Part shown: piece by piece, positions 14,382-16,242 of the stretch | Layout of the letters: each line of letters opens with the position of its first letter | Position numbering within the stretch: position 1 is the stretch's first letter | DNA from: Candidatus Acetothermia bacterium | GTDB lineage: Bacteria > Bipolaricaulota > Bipolaricaulia > M55B111 | Assembly (NCBI GenBank): GCA_046543235.1 | Contig: JBKGZT010000032.1 | Span: forward strand, 1 to 16,242 | Direction: 5' to 3' | DNA length: 16,242 bases | Translations under genes and position numbers: made by a program | The notes under the pieces: generated by a model | Database searches by the model: none | The model's input: the letters and a program-made list of their open reading frames with translations, nothing else | Told to the model about the DNA's origin: nothing

Positions 14382-15693
14382 AGAGAAAATAAACGTCGAC
14401 GTAGAATACCTTACCAGAGTAGAAGGACATGGAAACATAAAGGTAAATGCACAGGACGGCCAGATCGAAAAGTGCGAATGGCAGGTAGTAGAGACGCCGC
14501 GCTACTTTGAGTCCATGGTCGTGGACCACAGCTGGAAGGAACTGCATCACATTACTTCCAGAATTTGTGGCATCTGCTCCATTGGTCACACCCTGGCTTC
14601 TCTCAAGGCCACCGAGGCCGCTCTGGGCGTGGAAATTTCCGAACAGGACAAACTTCTGCGGAAGCTGGCCCTCCACGCCGAAAACATGCAGAGCCACGTC
14701 CTTCACGTAGGTTATCTGGCCCTCCCCGATTTGATGGGTGAGGGGTCGGTCATTCCTCTGGCGGATTCCCATCCCGAAGAGCTTAAAACCGTAATAAGAC
14801 TACACAGGCTTGCAAACGAAATGTCCGACATGGTCTGTGGCCGGACTACCCATCCGCAGAGGTTGATCCCGGGAGGGTTTTCGAAGATACCGACCGAGAA
14901 AGAACTGCTCCAGCTGAAGGACAAGCTGAGGAATTCCTTCAACGACTTGATGGCAGTTGCCGACCTATGTGAGGAAAAAGCGGATGAATTTCCGAATTTC
15001 TCGCGCGAGACGGAATTCATTTCTCTTACGAACGAAGAGGAATACGCTTTCTACGACGGCCAGGTCCGCTCTACCGATACGGGTGTTTCGCCGGTAGTAG
15101 ATTACAAGGATATAACCAACGAGTACGTCGTGGAGCAATCCACGGCCAAGTACGCCCAAAACAACAGGTCTTCCTACATGGTGGGTGCACTGGCCAGGCT
15201 CAACAACAATTACGACCAGCTCTCACCGATGGCCAAAGGCGTCGCGGAAAGGTTTAACCTCAAGCCGGTCAACCATAACCCGTTCATGAATAACGTAGCT
15301 CAACTTGTAGAAGTAGTGCACAACGTCCGGGATTCGATAAACATAATCGATACTATCCTTGAGGACGGCCTGGAACCCCAGGACGACTACTACGAACCGA
15401 AAATCGACGTTCAGGCCGGTCGGGGCATAGGGGCAGTTGAGGTTCCCAGAGGTATATTATTCCACGATTACACCTACAACGAAGAGGGAACCTGCACCGC
15501 CGGTAACTGCGTGATCCCGACAAATCAGAATCACGCAAATATTCAGCACGACATGGAAGAGTTGGCCCCAAGCCTGATGGAACAGGATAAACCCGAGGAA
15601 GAAATAGAACTCAGCCTGGAGATGCTGGTCAGGGCTTACGACCCGTGCATTTCCTGCTCGACCCATCAGCTTGACGTGGAGTTCGTGGAATAG
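14374..15693 (+). CDS. hydA: Group 3b [NiFe]-hydrogenase alpha (large) subunit
   Basis: TRVEGHG, L1 motif RICGICSIGH, EVPRGILFH, PTNQN, and L2 motif RAYDPCISCSTH followed by a cleavable tail QLDVEFVE. Confidence 0.97.
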   Translation: MSEEKINVDVEYLTRVEGHGNIKVNAQDGQIEKCEWQVVETPRYFESMVVDHSWKELHHITSRICGICSIGHTLASLKATEAALGVEISEQDKLLRKLALHAENMQSHVLHVGYLALPDLMGEGSVIPLADSHPEELKTVIRLHRLANEMSDMVCGRTTHPQRLIPGGFSKIPTEKELLQLKDKLRNSFNDLMAVADLCEEKADEFPNFSRETEFISLTNEEEYAFYDGQVRSTDTGVSPVVDYKDITNEYVVEQSTAKYAQNNRSSYMVGALARLNNNYDQLSPMAKGVAERFNLKPVNHNPFMNNVAQLVEVVHNVRDSINIIDTILEDGLEPQDDYYEPKIDVQAGRGIGAVEVPRGILFHDYTYNEEGTCTAGNCVIPTNQNHANIQHDMEELAPSLMEQDKPEEEIELSLEMLVRAYDPCISCSTHQLDVEFVE

Positions 15694-15702
15694 AGGAGGA
15701 TA

Positions 15703-16191
15703 GTGGGGAAATTAGGCGTACTCGGGATAGGTAACACGCTAAAGGGAGACGACGGAATCGGACCCGTACTGGTCAATCGATTGAAGGAAAAGGGCATCCC
15801 CGACGACGTCGAAGTCCATGAAGTCGGCACGTCGGGGATGAATATTCTGCATTACTTAAAGGACCTGGATTCGGCCGTTATAGTCGACGCCCTGAGAAGC
15901 GAGGGCGAGCCGGGCGACTCGATATTCTTTAGCCCGGATGACGTGGAGGAGGATATAGAAGTTAGAAGCACCCACGATGCCAACCTCCTGGAGGCGATCG
16001 AACTTTCGGCAACGATCGGGGAGCGTCCGGAAGAGATCGTCATTATGGGGATCATCCCCGAGGATATATCCATTCGGGATGAACTTTCGGAATCGCTGCA
16101 GGATAGATTACCTGAGCTGGAAGAAAAATTGAGGGAGGAGATCCTATCACTCCTGGAAGGGGAGAGTAACTCAGGGCAGAGAGATAAATAG
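15703..16191 (+). CDS. Hydrogenase maturation endopeptidase (HyaD/HycI family)
   Basis: LGIGNTLKGDDGIG, IVDA and STH motifs. GTG start with GAGGAGG SD, directly after the large subunit. Confidence 0.93.
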   Translation: MGKLGVLGIGNTLKGDDGIGPVLVNRLKEKGIPDDVEVHEVGTSGMNILHYLKDLDSAVIVDALRSEGEPGDSIFFSPDDVEEDIEVRSTHDANLLEAIELSATIGERPEEIVIMGIIPEDISIRDELSESLQDRLPELEEKLREEILSLLEGESNSGQRDK

Positions 16192-16242
16192 GAAAATTCG
16201 ACACAAAAACTGACACTTCAACCAAGCATGGCCGCGACCCTG

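Noticed and set aside
15637-15666. [NiFeSe] hydrogenase possibility
   Set aside because: The L2 motif is DPCISC with TGC Cys codons and no in-frame TGA.
56-16073. Numerous alternative-frame and antisense ORFs in the track (e.g. 56-619, 2035-2289, 8217-8690, 13806-14282, 14335-14772)
   Set aside because: They overlap well-supported genes, have no family motifs, and are expected shadow ORFs in moderately GC-rich coding DNA.
102-16191. One integrated B12 / Fe-S / hydrogenase system
   Set aside because: The three units have separate promoter-like regions and long spacers. Adjacency alone does not show functional coupling without synteny data.

Overview
Three metabolic loci from what is probably a halophilic, anaerobic, diderm bacterium. 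The proteins are acidic, the promoters are sigma70-type, the RBSs are GGAGG, and the solute-binding protein has a signal-peptidase-I signal. A Bipolaricaulota/KB1-like origin is only an inference. (1) 102-8918 (-): a corrinoid uptake and cobamide-completion cluster, btuF-btuC-btuD-cobO-cobS-cobU-cobD-cbiB, followed by bioY-cbiA. The CbiA looks haloarchaeal. No cobalamin riboswitch was found; a palindrome sits in the short leader instead. (2) 9530-11127 (+): a sufS-sufU pair without sufBCD, preceded by a ~270 nt nested-hairpin region flanked by convergent promoter-like elements. (3) 11678-16191 (+): a group 3b (sulfhydrogenase-type) NAD(P)-linked [NiFe]-hydrogenase operon, beta-gamma-delta-alpha plus maturation protease. 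It has a Rex/CRP-like box upstream, a Cys-to-Asp change at a proximal Fe-S ligand and a 24-aa insertion in the small subunit. The two long intergenic regions (8919-9529 and 11128-11677) hold the least explained signals: a candidate structured RNA, operator-like repeats and a candidate 22-aa small protein. No mobile element, CRISPR array, tRNA or rRNA was seen.
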